Both the position numbers and the translations under genes were made by a program. A stretch of 64,000 nt of DNA from an uncultured Gammaproteobacteria bacterium (lineage in GTDB: Bacteria > Pseudomonadota > Gammaproteobacteria > JAURND01). The stretch spans positions 256,001 to 320,000 of the forward strand of contig CAVQQD010000002.1 in NCBI GenBank assembly GCA_963714975.1, given 5' to 3'. The notes under the pieces were generated by a model, which was given only the letters and a program-made list of their open reading frames with translations, was not told the origin of the DNA and did no database searches. Positions 53,745 through 63,162 of the stretch are shown here, piece by piece; the stretch's first letter is position 1, and every line of letters starts with the position of its first letter.

Positions 53745-56027
53745 ATGTCCGAAGAAGCTGCTTACGAGATATCGAATGTTAATTGTGGCGACTGTGTTAA
53801 TACCGTCAAGAATGAATTAGCAAACTACAAATCCAAAATTACTATTGTCAGTGCAATAGTGGTTCCAGGAACAGGCAAAGGGTACTTAGAGGTTATCTAT
53901 CGTAACAGGGTTGAAGATGAAACTGAGGTTAAGAACGCATTATCTGCTATTGGTCATGATATAGAAGACACCCTGCCGCGAGTAGATTCCCGTACATTGC
54001 TGTATCGAGGCATCATCGCTACTGTGCTAGGCATCGTGCAGCTCGTGTTGTCAATGTTGCAAATTACTTTCACCGGAAATACTCTTTATGTAGCCCTAGC
54101 GTTGAATTGTCTCGTGATGCTTTACAGCGGGCAAAAGATATATGCTGGAGCCTATCACAATTTAAAAATCCCGAAATTTAGTATGGACTTGCTATTTAGT
54201 GTGGGCGCCACACTAGCGCTTGGAATGGCATTACTTCCTGTATTTGTCCACACCATGCCAGTGGATATGATGATGTGTAGTGCACCTTTGCTAATGTTTG
54301 GTATCCGCAATTTAGGCAAATATATTCAAGAAAAAATCTCCCGATATTTAGCTGATGTCAATTTATTAGCGCGTCTGCGTACGCAAAAAGTCACGGTAAT
54401 TAAGAAGGGCAAGCAAACTTCCGAACCTGAATATGATATTTATCAGCTTGAGACAGGTGATGTGATTGAATTAAATTCTGGCGAAATTATTCCCACGGAT
54501 GGCGAATGCGTAACTGAAACTGGAGTGCAAATTAATGATAGTGTTATTTCAGGCCAGAATAATTCTAGGCTGTTTAAAAAAGGAGAAAAACTTGTTGCCG
54601 GAATGGAAGCAAGGTCTAAGTTTCAGATGAAAGTTGCTGTCCCCGTCAAACAATGCAGTGTGGCAGTGCGGCAGCGGCGCATGATTAAAGCTTTTTCCCA
54701 AAAAACCCCGATTGAAAAAACTGCGGACACTATGTTGCAGTATTTTGTTCCCGCCGTATTCTTAACCAGTTTGGCCAGTGGGCTCTCAGTATGGTTGGTA
54801 ACTCACGATCCGTGGCTGGTGGCACATATGGTGGTGGTGATTATCGCTGGCAGTTGTCCTTGTGTACTGGGAGTTATCATCCCGCTCATTGTGGCGGTAA
54901 CCCTCGATAAAGCACGGAAATATGATCTGGAAATTCATTCGGCAGCGGCGTTAGAAATTGCCAAGCGGGTGAGTTTAGCCTCTTTAGATTTAACCGGCAC
55001 AGTAACTGAATCAAAAGCGCTAGTGAAAAATTTTAAAATTTATGGCCAGCCCCATGCGGATGTATGGAAAATAGTTTATGCTTTAGAGCATGATGTGGAT
55101 CATATCTTTGCCAGAGCAATCAAGGAGTATGTTGAGACGAACCATCTTGATGCCACATCTCCTGTACTTGAGGTCAACAATAAAATTACTCATGCTGGGG
55201 TAAGAGCGCAAATCGATGGAACTACTTATCTGCTTGGCAATGCTAAATTCTTAAAAGAAAGCAAAGAGAATATCCTCGTTTCTCCTGCGATGGAAAAAAG
55301 CGATGACCTCAGTCGTGTGGTTTATTTAGCCAGCGCTAATCGGGTATTGCTAGGGTTTGAGCTGACACTCCCTGTTCGCCGTGAAACTCCGACCCTGGTT
55401 GATCGATTAAAGCAAATGAATATCGATGTTGGTCTATGTACTGGCTCCGCTGCAGATGAGGCAAATCCTTATGGGGTAAAGCTAAAGATTCTCCCAGGAA
55501 ATATCCAAGCTGAGTGCCAAGGTGATAGGGAAAAAAAATTTCCTAAGGTCAACGAAATAAAACAATGGAAGGAAAAGCATGTAGTAATGCATGTAGGTGA
55601 TAACGTAAACGATGAAAGCGGATTTGTTGAATCTAATTTAGGAGTTCTGGTACAGCTTGATGCCAAGGAGAAGAAGGCAAGTTATGGTGCTGAAGTGCAA
55701 GGTAGTTTAATTACTATCAAAGGGCCCACATTATTGCGCCTGCTTTCGATCTTTGAGCTTTATCAACCCATGCAGCAATGCATTTATCAAGTACTATTTT
55801 TTAGCTTGTTGTTTAATATAGCCCAGGCCACGGTCCCTGAAGTGTTAATGCTTACTAGCGGTTATCAAATGAATCCTGGGGTGAATACGGGATTGATGGT
55901 TTTGCAAGTATTATTAATTATGGCCTATGTTTATCGTTACAAACAACAACCACTACCAGAATTGCCGGAGCTTAGTGATTCTCAATCCTCGGATTTGCGT
56001 TCGTCTACTCTGGTTTCAGTTAGCTGA
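53745..56027 (+). CDS. Divergent P1B-type heavy-metal ATPase-like protein
   Basis: N-terminal CGDC, IPTDG, CPC, DLTGTVT, VGDNVND. Confidence 0.82.
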   Translation: MSEEAAYEISNVNCGDCVNTVKNELANYKSKITIVSAIVVPGTGKGYLEVIYRNRVEDETEVKNALSAIGHDIEDTLPRVDSRTLLYRGIIATVLGIVQLVLSMLQITFTGNTLYVALALNCLVMLYSGQKIYAGAYHNLKIPKFSMDLLFSVGATLALGMALLPVFVHTMPVDMMMCSAPLLMFGIRNLGKYIQEKISRYLADVNLLARLRTQKVTVIKKGKQTSEPEYDIYQLETGDVIELNSGEIIPTDGECVTETGVQINDSVISGQNNSRLFKKGEKLVAGMEARSKFQMKVAVPVKQCSVAVRQRRMIKAFSQKTPIEKTADTMLQYFVPAVFLTSLASGLSVWLVTHDPWLVAHMVVVIIAGSCPCVLGVIIPLIVAVTLDKARKYDLEIHSAAALEIAKRVSLASLDLTGTVTESKALVKNFKIYGQPHADVWKIVYALEHDVDHIFARAIKEYVETNHLDATSPVLEVNNKITHAGVRAQIDGTTYLLGNAKFLKESKENILVSPAMEKSDDLSRVVYLASANRVLLGFELTLPVRRETPTLVDRLKQMNIDVGLCTGSAADEANPYGVKLKILPGNIQAECQGDREKKFPKVNEIKQWKEKHVVMHVGDNVNDESGFVESNLGVLVQLDAKEKKASYGAEVQGSLITIKGPTLLRLLSIFELYQPMQQCIYQVLFFSLLFNIAQATVPEVLMLTSGYQMNPGVNTGLMVLQVLLIMAYVYRYKQQPLPELPELSDSQSSDLRSSTLVSVS

Positions 56028-56099
56028 AGATTCTGTAACCATTTGCGTAACCTTGGTTACCGTAACCATGGTTACGCTAGCAGGGTTGATGGTAGAAAC

Positions 56100-57407
56100 T
56101 CAAGGGGATTCGGTAATCCTAATCATATTTTCCATGGCTTTGCGAGCATTCTGGACCAATTGTTCTTGCTCTGCAGAAGACAGGCGCTGTCGTTGCCCGG
56201 TAAATTCATTCACCACATCGCCGGGTTTAACCTCATTATATTCCAGCGATTTTCCTTGGCGCAGTAGGTCCAACAGAGCCACTAAGTGGGGGGGGTCGTT
56301 GCGCGACATGGTGGCGCAAGCACAGCCAACACCAGGTGCGTTTTCGATTTTGGCTTCGCCAAGATTGACCACGGTAATACCTTGAGTTTGACAAGATTGC
56401 TTCAGATTTTCGACAAAATGATTTTCCGTGCCCACCGCATATTTTCGTGTGCCGGCCCGATCATGACTCACGTGGTCCCAAAGAAAAGCAGTTGATCCAG
56501 CACTATCGGCACAATCCACGACTTTTTTCGGGCATTCAGGATGCACTGCCACATGATAGTCTTGCGCTTGCCAATAATGCACCATCTCAGGTTGATAATA
56601 AGTGTGCACCCCGCAATGACTGGAAAATAAAATTAACCGCGCCTGATCAAAACGCTGCTGTATTTCTGAAGATTGTTCTGAGAGACGAAATTGCGCTGCT
56701 TCAATACCTGCCGGCCAATAGGCGATTTGCTCCGGTGGAATATCAAGCCATCCCGCCACATTTTCCCCCATGTGTTTATCAGGAATAAAAAGAATTTTCT
56801 TTTGTTGTGCTAAAGCCCAGGCGAAAATTTTTCGGACATTGCTACTGGTGCAAACCGCGCCGTTTTGCGCGCCGGTGAGAGCTTTAACTCGCCCTGAGGT
56901 ATTCATGTAACAGATCGGTAATATAACGTCTTCACCGTAGCGTTGATTTAATTCTAAAAATGCTGGTTCTACCATAAAATCTTTGGCGCGCATTTCCATG
57001 GTGCAGCCTGATTTGGGGTTGGTAATATAGACATGTTGCGCAGGTGTCGCCAGTAAGCTCACGGATTCTGCCATAAAATGCACAGCAGATTGGACGATCA
57101 GCGATTTTTCCGGACGTTTCGCAGCAATCACGGAAAGTTGATAAGAATCGCCGACGTAACCACCAAAATGTTCGATTAATTTTACAATTTCCCCGCCCAT
57201 ATAATAATGCGCGAGCAATAATAACGCATCGCCAAAATGTTGTTGTGCTCGCTCCATATACGGCTTCATCCAGGCAATGACGGTGTCTAAACGCCGGTTG
57301 GGCAAAGCTAAATATTCTTGAGCATAAGGCAGAAAATCCGCTTGATACCAATCCAGGGGATAATCTTGTTGACAGAGGAGTTGATCAGTAGGAATTTGTA
57401 ATTTCAT
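56100..57407 (-). CDS. nadA: Quinolinate synthase
   Basis: LAHYY, HFMAES, GCTM, YMNTS, CTSSN, HPEC, GTE; start ATG 57407. Confidence 0.93.
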   Translation of the reverse strand: MKLQIPTDQLLCQQDYPLDWYQADFLPYAQEYLALPNRRLDTVIAWMKPYMERAQQHFGDALLLLAHYYMGGEIVKLIEHFGGYVGDSYQLSVIAAKRPEKSLIVQSAVHFMAESVSLLATPAQHVYITNPKSGCTMEMRAKDFMVEPAFLELNQRYGEDVILPICYMNTSGRVKALTGAQNGAVCTSSNVRKIFAWALAQQKKILFIPDKHMGENVAGWLDIPPEQIAYWPAGIEAAQFRLSEQSSEIQQRFDQARLILFSSHCGVHTYYQPEMVHYWQAQDYHVAVHPECPKKVVDCADSAGSTAFLWDHVSHDRAGTRKYAVGTENHFVENLKQSCQTQGITVVNLGEAKIENAPGVGCACATMSRNDPPHLVALLDLLRQGKSLEYNEVKPGDVVNEFTGQRQRLSSAEQEQLVQNARKAMENMIRITESP

Positions 57408-58983
57408 TGTCTTCTCGATAGTGGCCGCCGCAACTTTCACGTCGTTGTAACGCCGAACGCACAATCAGCTCAGCGACCAAAATAATATTGCGCAGTTCTA
57501 ATAAATCTTGGGTGACGACGTGAGTACGATAATATTCTTCAATCATTTGCCGACGCGTCAAGATTAATTGTAATAAATCTTTTAAGCCGGCTTCAGTTCG
57601 GACAATTCCCGCATAGGAAGTCATTTCACCGCGCAAACCACGCCAATGCGCATTTACTTGGCTCGCACGCCGTAAATCAGTGACGCCCTGGGAATTCCAA
57701 TCCGAAGGCAAATTCGCATAAACTACTGGTGCATCTAACCAACGCAGACAATCGTGTGCAGCACGCTGCGCCATCACCCCAGCTTCCAATAAAGAATTAC
57801 TCGCTAAACGATTTGCTCCATGCAAGCCAGTAAAGCCTACTTCACCAATAGCATAAAGGCGAGGCTTATCGGTTCGACCTTCGGTATCACTCAATATTCC
57901 ACCACAAAGGTAGTGGGCCGCGGGTACCACTGGAATTGGATCGCGACTCATATCAATGCCTAAATTAACCAGAGTTTGAAAAATATTCGGAAAACGTTGT
58001 GCTAAAAATGTGCGTGGACGATGAGTAATATCCAAATGGACATAATTATAAGAACTGCGTTCGATCTCGGTAAATATTGCTCTAGCCGCCACATCGCGAG
58101 TGGCGAGTTCTTGCTGTTTGGGCGCATAACGCCGCATAAAGCGCTTGCCAGTATCAGCTAAACGTAAATACGCCCCTTCGCCACGTACCGCTTCGGAAAT
58201 GAGAAAATTTCGGCACTCTGGGTGATACAGCAGCGTGGGGTGAAATTGATAAAACTCCATATTTCCCAACCGTGCCCCAGCCCGATAGGCCATTGCAATC
58301 CCATCACCGGTCGCCACATCGGGATTGGTGGTGTAACGATAGGTTTTGCCAGCACCGCCCGTCGCGAGCACCACCACATCTGCCAAGAAAGTGTGAATTA
58401 ATTGCTGTTGGATATCTAGCACATAAGCGCCAATGACTTCGCCAAAAAAACCTGGCTGATGTTTTTCGTGCTGGACGATCAAATTGACCGCCATATGGGA
58501 TTCGAACAGCGTTATGTGCTGTTGTTCAAGGATGCGAGCAGTTAGAGTTTCAATGACGGCTCGACCGGTGTGGTCGCCATAGTGATAAATGCGCCGTTGC
58601 GAATGACCGCCCTCTTGGGCTAGATCAGGTTCTTGCTGGGAATTCTGATCAAACTTAACCCCCTGGCACTTAAGGTAGTCAATAAACTGAGGGGCCGCTG
58701 ACAATAGGGTGTGTGCCGCTTCCGCATTGCTGAGCCCGTCTCCTGCAGATAAAGTATCTGCAACATGTTTGGCTAGAGAATCCTCTGCACCAGCCACCGC
58801 GGCAATGCCGCCTTGTGCGTGATAACTGTTGGAATCTGCCAGAGTCGTTTTGGTAATCAAGGCAATACGCGTTTTTGGCCGCGCAGCAAGCAGTTCAAGG
58901 CAAAAAGTCAGCCCGGCAATGCCGCTACCAATGACAATGACATCAAATGACGCGCGAGCACCGCGCTGAGAAACTACATTCAT
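57385..58983 (-). CDS. nadB: L-aspartate oxidase
   Basis: GSGIAG, AQGGIAA, EGGHS, QFHPT, GLHGANRLASNSL. Confidence 0.96.
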   Translation of the reverse strand: MNVVSQRGARASFDVIVIGSGIAGLTFCLELLAARPKTRIALITKTTLADSNSYHAQGGIAAVAGAEDSLAKHVADTLSAGDGLSNAEAAHTLLSAAPQFIDYLKCQGVKFDQNSQQEPDLAQEGGHSQRRIYHYGDHTGRAVIETLTARILEQQHITLFESHMAVNLIVQHEKHQPGFFGEVIGAYVLDIQQQLIHTFLADVVVLATGGAGKTYRYTTNPDVATGDGIAMAYRAGARLGNMEFYQFHPTLLYHPECRNFLISEAVRGEGAYLRLADTGKRFMRRYAPKQQELATRDVAARAIFTEIERSSYNYVHLDITHRPRTFLAQRFPNIFQTLVNLGIDMSRDPIPVVPAAHYLCGGILSDTEGRTDKPRLYAIGEVGFTGLHGANRLASNSLLEAGVMAQRAAHDCLRWLDAPVVYANLPSDWNSQGVTDLRRASQVNAHWRGLRGEMTSYAGIVRTEAGLKDLLQLILTRRQMIEEYYRTHVVTQDLLELRNIILVAELIVRSALQRRESCGGHYREDNEITNSY

Positions 58984-59867
58984 TAATTATTCACCAACCC
59001 AACCATAGACAAATCAACCTGCCCTGCGCTATGAGTTAATGCTCCCACTGAGGCGTAATCTACACCTGATTCAGCGACTTGTACAATGCTATCAAGGTCA
59101 ATGTTGCCGGAAGCTTCGGTGGCGAAAATACCCGCACAAGCAGTGACACAGGTTTTTAATAAGAGGGGAGACATATTATCAAGTAATACGCGATGAACTT
59201 TATCTCGTCCATAATCAAGCACCATTGCTAATTCTTCACGACTGCGCACTTCAACAATCACCGGCAGCGGGTTATTGATTAACCGAGGTAAACGCATTAA
59301 GGCCGTTTTCATTCCGCCGACAAGGTCAACGTGGGTATCTTTTATCATGATCGCGTCGTACAAACCTAGACGGTGGTTCACCCCACCACCACATTGCACA
59401 GCGTATTTTTCCAAATGGCGCATCCCAGGAGTCGTCTTTCGGGTATCGAGAATTTTTAATGGGGTATGCATTACTTTAGCGACATAGTGAGCAGTGAGTG
59501 TCGCAATAGCCGATAAATGACGCAGAAAATTCAGCATCACCCGTTCCGCTTGCAGGATGATTCTTGCCTCGCCTTCAATCCAGAGCAAGCTTTGTCCATA
59601 GGATAGAGTTTGCCCGTCTTCGTAATCGGAAAAAATTTGGCAAGAAGGGGCGAGCTGGGCCAGCAAGGCTGGGATTAATGCCAGGCCACAAATGATAATT
59701 GGCGTGGGAGATTTGGAAATGATCTGTGCTCGGCGCGGTAGGGAATGTTCCCCAAAAAGTAAATCAGAAGTCACATCACGCCACGGGCTACCTAAGTCCT
59801 CTTCAAGCGCTAAATTAATGAGTGTTTTATCGATTGAGTTTAGTTGCATACTAGGGCCTGTCGTCAA
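58983..59867 (-). CDS. nadC: Quinolinate phosphoribosyltransferase
   Basis: AER..LN, DTRKTTPG, NHRLGL, KDTH, LLDN, EASG. Confidence 0.96.
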   Translation of the reverse strand: MTTGPSMQLNSIDKTLINLALEEDLGSPWRDVTSDLLFGEHSLPRRAQIISKSPTPIIICGLALIPALLAQLAPSCQIFSDYEDGQTLSYGQSLLWIEGEARIILQAERVMLNFLRHLSAIATLTAHYVAKVMHTPLKILDTRKTTPGMRHLEKYAVQCGGGVNHRLGLYDAIMIKDTHVDLVGGMKTALMRLPRLINNPLPVIVEVRSREELAMVLDYGRDKVHRVLLDNMSPLLLKTCVTACAGIFATEASGNIDLDSIVQVAESGVDYASVGALTHSAGQVDLSMVGLVNN

Positions 59868-59881
59868 TTAGCTCCCGCTAC

Positions 59882-59929
59882 GTCGTCCCGCTCCCGCGAC
59901 TTGATCGCGGGATTGTCCGCGGGATCCAG
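59882..59929 (+). repeat. RPE-like nested palindrome
   Basis: GTCGTCCCGCTCCCGCGACTTGATCGCGGGATTGTCCGCGGGATCCAG. Confidence 0.82.
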
Positions 59930-59939
59930 AGGCCCTAGC

Positions 59940-60551
59940 TTATAAGCTAGGAGTTTGATAACTGTCCAAAACTTCTTGCATATCAGGGTCATTGATAATT
60001 GATTTCATTTTGTCGACTTGTGCTCGTAATACCTTGGTTGGGATTTCGCCTGAGATTATAGCGGGTACCCAAGGCAGGCGTGCTGGGTCTGGAAGTGGAT
60101 TTGATGAGCAGGTCATTCTGATCACTAGATGATGGCAAATCATGAGAAAGGAATATACACCTACCCAATGAAGCAATGATTCAGGATTTCCCTGGAATAA
60201 CTCTTGAGACATGGAAGGAAGACTCAGGCAATGTTCTGCAACTTCTGCGGTTCCATATGCTATTACCGGCAAAATGCCAAGATAATACGCGACCTTACCT
60301 GCGGTGCTACCTCCAGCTGGGTTTTCCAATACTTCATCACATTTATTAAGAAGGAATTGTTTTGGATCTTTGGTATCTAATTCCTGCTTTTTAGTCAAAA
60401 CTCGTTCTAGGCAAGAATAGGCCACCAAAAAAGCAGTTAGACGGCTAGAATCATTTTCGTGGCTTTTGCTTAGTTTTTTATGTGCTTGCTTAACTGTCTC
60501 GATGCTCGCCAGTAGCTGTTGTGTATTCCTCGGTTGCTTTGCTTCACTCAT
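59940..60551 (-). CDS. Hypothetical 2-TM protein (effector candidate)
   Basis: SD gagga; two hydrophobic segments. Confidence 0.68.
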   Translation of the reverse strand: MSEAKQPRNTQQLLASIETVKQAHKKLSKSHENDSSRLTAFLVAYSCLERVLTKKQELDTKDPKQFLLNKCDEVLENPAGGSTAGKVAYYLGILPVIAYGTAEVAEHCLSLPSMSQELFQGNPESLLHWVGVYSFLMICHHLVIRMTCSSNPLPDPARLPWVPAIISGEIPTKVLRAQVDKMKSIINDPDMQEVLDSYQTPSL

Positions 60552-60774
60552 TTTCAGGTCCTCTTAATATTTAGGCGTTAATCACAATGTCTTATCCTTA
60601 ACGTAAAATACAGCAGTAATTAAAGTGTCTAACTGCCATAAAAAATCTACTGAATTATTTCATAATTATGATTAATTGGCAATTTCTGGCAAAAATTTTT
60701 GGATTGATCCCTATCTTATTTCACAAATTGTGACTAATTGGCAGGAAAATTAGCAATCCTCGGCAAACCCTCCT

Positions 60775-62241
60775 TCACTTACCCAAAAATTTTTGTCGAC
60801 GCGAATTAATGAATGATATCGCCTCTCCTGCTGTGCGATGATGAGGCACTTCAGGTAATAGACCACTAGCTAATTTTCGAAGATGTTCTCTCAGTTTTTC
60901 TGCCCGATCTTCAAGCGTAGTAATAATACTAAGATCAGGGAGGTGAGCTGCAGTTTCATGTAAAGCTTTTTGTAAATCATTCAGTGGCGCCCTATTAGCA
61001 GCTTGTAAATCAGCAGTACTCTCCTTATAAAGGAGTGGCGTAATGGCTAGCGGCCCATGATTGCTGGGTTGGTCTAGCATTAAAACTTGTTCTAAATCAG
61101 GAGCCACTGCATCTCGAATACTCAGCGGAATTTCTAAGTTAAAGCACTTGCGTATAGTAGCAATAACAGAGCAATGATCAAATGGATAAGGTGGCCCTTG
61201 ATGGGGTAATTTACCATCATCCGCGATGCGTAATATGGTTCCCGGTTTAATGTAAGGAGAAATGATGATCGCAGGAACACGCACCCCGTAACGATCAAAA
61301 TTAAACGGCGTGGTTGGGGTATTGTTGGGCGGGACTGCCAAGGGTGGCGATTCGTGATCATAACAACCACCATGTTCGTCATACGTGATTATCAATAACG
61401 TTTTTTCCCAAGTGGGCGCACTCCTTACCGCGTTATAAATTTCTGCGATTAATTCTTCTCCTAAGCTAACGTGATGGGGTGGATGTTGGTCATTGGGCAA
61501 TGCTAAACCGGGAAAATAACGTGGCTCAATGAAAGAGTACGCGGGTAAGTTACCCTTTTGCGCATCTTCTTTAAATTTATCTATAAAATGGAAATGATCA
61601 GGATAAGGCCAAAGTTTACTTAAAGTTAACGTTTGGGGAAAGTCGTGAAAAAATATGGTCCAAGATTTTTTTGCGCTATGTAGGTGATTGAAGATAGTAT
61701 CCATCAAATAAGGGAAATGAGTAGGAGAATTATTTTCATATCCATTTGCTGTTCCAGTATGGATAAAAAATCGATTAGGCCATGTTTGACAAGGTGCAGA
61801 AGCAAACCATTGATCACTCACAGCAAACTCTTTGGCCAGTTGACTAAGCACGGGAACTTGGGTCGGAGAATAAAAATGCATGATCGCCTGCGGAATATAA
61901 TTTTCTGTTGGGTGTGCATTTTGTCTAACATAGTTATTAACAAAACCATTCATCGGAGGTGGTTGAATTCCTGGTTTACCATCAAGACCAAATAATTGCA
62001 TATTGATATCATTCCATAACTCCCCAGGGTCAGGGTCAGGAATAGACATCGCTTTTGGATCCAGGCTATCATTGCTCCAGACACAAGCATCAGCATGTCC
62101 ATAATGGGGGTTGGTTTCATTTCCAGATAGTCCATTAAACGCTGGACTCTTAATATAAAGGTTTCCCAGCATGCTATCAAAAGATCGATTCTCCATCATG
62201 AGTACTACAATATGTTCAATTTTTTCAGATAATTTTTTCAT
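60775..62241 (-). CDS. Phosphoesterase / phospholipase C family (AcpA/PlcH-like)
   Basis: IEHIVVLMMENRSFD, TWPNR, DQHP, TYDEHGG..DH, GVRVP; no signal peptide. Confidence 0.92.
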   Translation of the reverse strand: MKKLSEKIEHIVVLMMENRSFDSMLGNLYIKSPAFNGLSGNETNPHYGHADACVWSNDSLDPKAMSIPDPDPGELWNDINMQLFGLDGKPGIQPPPMNGFVNNYVRQNAHPTENYIPQAIMHFYSPTQVPVLSQLAKEFAVSDQWFASAPCQTWPNRFFIHTGTANGYENNSPTHFPYLMDTIFNHLHSAKKSWTIFFHDFPQTLTLSKLWPYPDHFHFIDKFKEDAQKGNLPAYSFIEPRYFPGLALPNDQHPPHHVSLGEELIAEIYNAVRSAPTWEKTLLIITYDEHGGCYDHESPPLAVPPNNTPTTPFNFDRYGVRVPAIIISPYIKPGTILRIADDGKLPHQGPPYPFDHCSVIATIRKCFNLEIPLSIRDAVAPDLEQVLMLDQPSNHGPLAITPLLYKESTADLQAANRAPLNDLQKALHETAAHLPDLSIITTLEDRAEKLREHLRKLASGLLPEVPHHRTAGEAISFINSRRQKFLGK

Positions 62242-62449
62242 CGCAATTTCCTTCTATTAAAAAGATGTGAACAATATCCCTACCATCTAGGGAAATTTGT
62301 GTGGTGATGCCATGTTCTCCAGGACGTTTCCCAGGTGGTGGCTTATCTGCATTTACAAAGATGGGGATATTTAAATTCAAAATATTGCAAAGGCGGGTTG
62401 GTATTTTCTGCATTTGTTGTAGCTCCTTGCGGAAGGAGTTTCAAAAAAA

Positions 62450-62596
62450 AATTTACAACTTCAAGTTAAAGTATATCCTTGAAGGATGTGAACATGCAAT
62501 CCTTCTAAATTAATTGAGCTCATACAAGAAAGTTTATCTGATAACTCACAGGAGAACGTTATGACCATTGCGCAACAATTTAGGGAACAGGGGCTC
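62450..62596 (+). pseudogene. Rpn/YhgA-like C-terminal remnant
   Basis: ...KYILE...(fs)LIELIQESLSDNSQENVMTIAQQFREQG, cut by a REP. Confidence 0.6.
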
Positions 62597-62601
62597 ATCT
62601 G

Positions 62602-62644
62602 TTTAAATCCCCCTTAATCCCCTTTGTCAAAGGGGGGAAATTAT
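62602..62644 (-). repeat. CCCCCTTT..AAAGGGGG-family REP
   Basis: Near reverse complement of 27723-27765. Confidence 0.82.
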
Positions 62645-62709
62645 TTTTATCCCTTACAGAGGAATCAATTCTTATTGAAACTTGTCGTAAGCTTTTTTTA
62701 AGAAAATGT

Positions 62710-62738
62710 TTGCATTTAACCAAAAGCCGTTGAATAAT
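62710..62738 (+). promoter_or_regulatory. Sense promoter of cassette copy 2
   Basis: TTGCAT-N17-AATAAT. Confidence 0.6.
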
Positions 62739-62741
62739 ACT

Positions 62742-62846
62742 GAAACCTCAGATGCTCACGCACCTGAGGCCGCGCCCTACAGATGGTGACACATCTGCGA
62801 GGGTACTTCCATAACCCCAACCTTTCTGGAGGTCGGCAGCCATGAC
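62742..62846 (-). ncRNA. Predicted cis-antisense RNA, copy 2
   Basis: On the minus strand: GGCCTCAGGTGC-GTGA-GCATCTGAGGTTT (G-U pairs, GNRA loop) and CCCT.GCAGATG-tgtcac-CATCTGTAGGG; ends approximate. Confidence 0.58.
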
Positions 62847-63066
62847 CTATTTAGCTTACTTCATTACGCGTTGGCGTAGAACTCTTTTCTGTAGGTTTGT
62901 CACATTTTTTTACCTGCTGTTATTCAGGCGGCTTTGCTGCGCTTGGATAAACAGGCTTTTACCTTATATACACTCCTCTCGTGTCCGCGCTGTGTTATGG
63001 AACTGGATAGGAGCTTGTGGCAGGTTTTTTGGTGACATTCATTCATTACAAGAGGGTAGGCAGTAG
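62842..63066 (+). CDS. Small Cys/aromatic-rich protein, paralog of 11488-11715
   Basis: SD GGAGGT at 62828-62833; ungapped alignment to copy 1. Confidence 0.72.
   Translation: MTYLAYFITRWRRTLFCRFVTFFYLLLFRRLCCAWINRLLPYIHSSRVRAVLWNWIGACGRFFGDIHSLQEGRQ
62853..62881 (-). promoter_or_regulatory. Antisense sigma70-like promoter inside the small ORF
   Basis: TTCTAC-N17-TAAGCT. Confidence 0.6.
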
Positions 63067-63162
63067 CAGAGGAGTGAGGTATGGCGAAGGGTCCCTGTAT
63101 CCTGCAGGGATGACGAGAAATTGTCTCTTCGCCATTACCTACTAAACCTCTGCACTGCCTAC
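63056..63162 (+). other. Long 3' hairpin of cassette copy 2
   Basis: GTAGGCAGT.GCAGAGG..AGGTATGGCGAAG pairs with CTTCGCCA.TACCT..CCTCTGC.ACTGCCTAC, followed by ATTTTT. Confidence 0.72.

Noticed and set aside
60646-60676. PmrA box upstream of the 59940-60551 gene
   Set aside because: The second half-site is too degenerate for an AT-rich region
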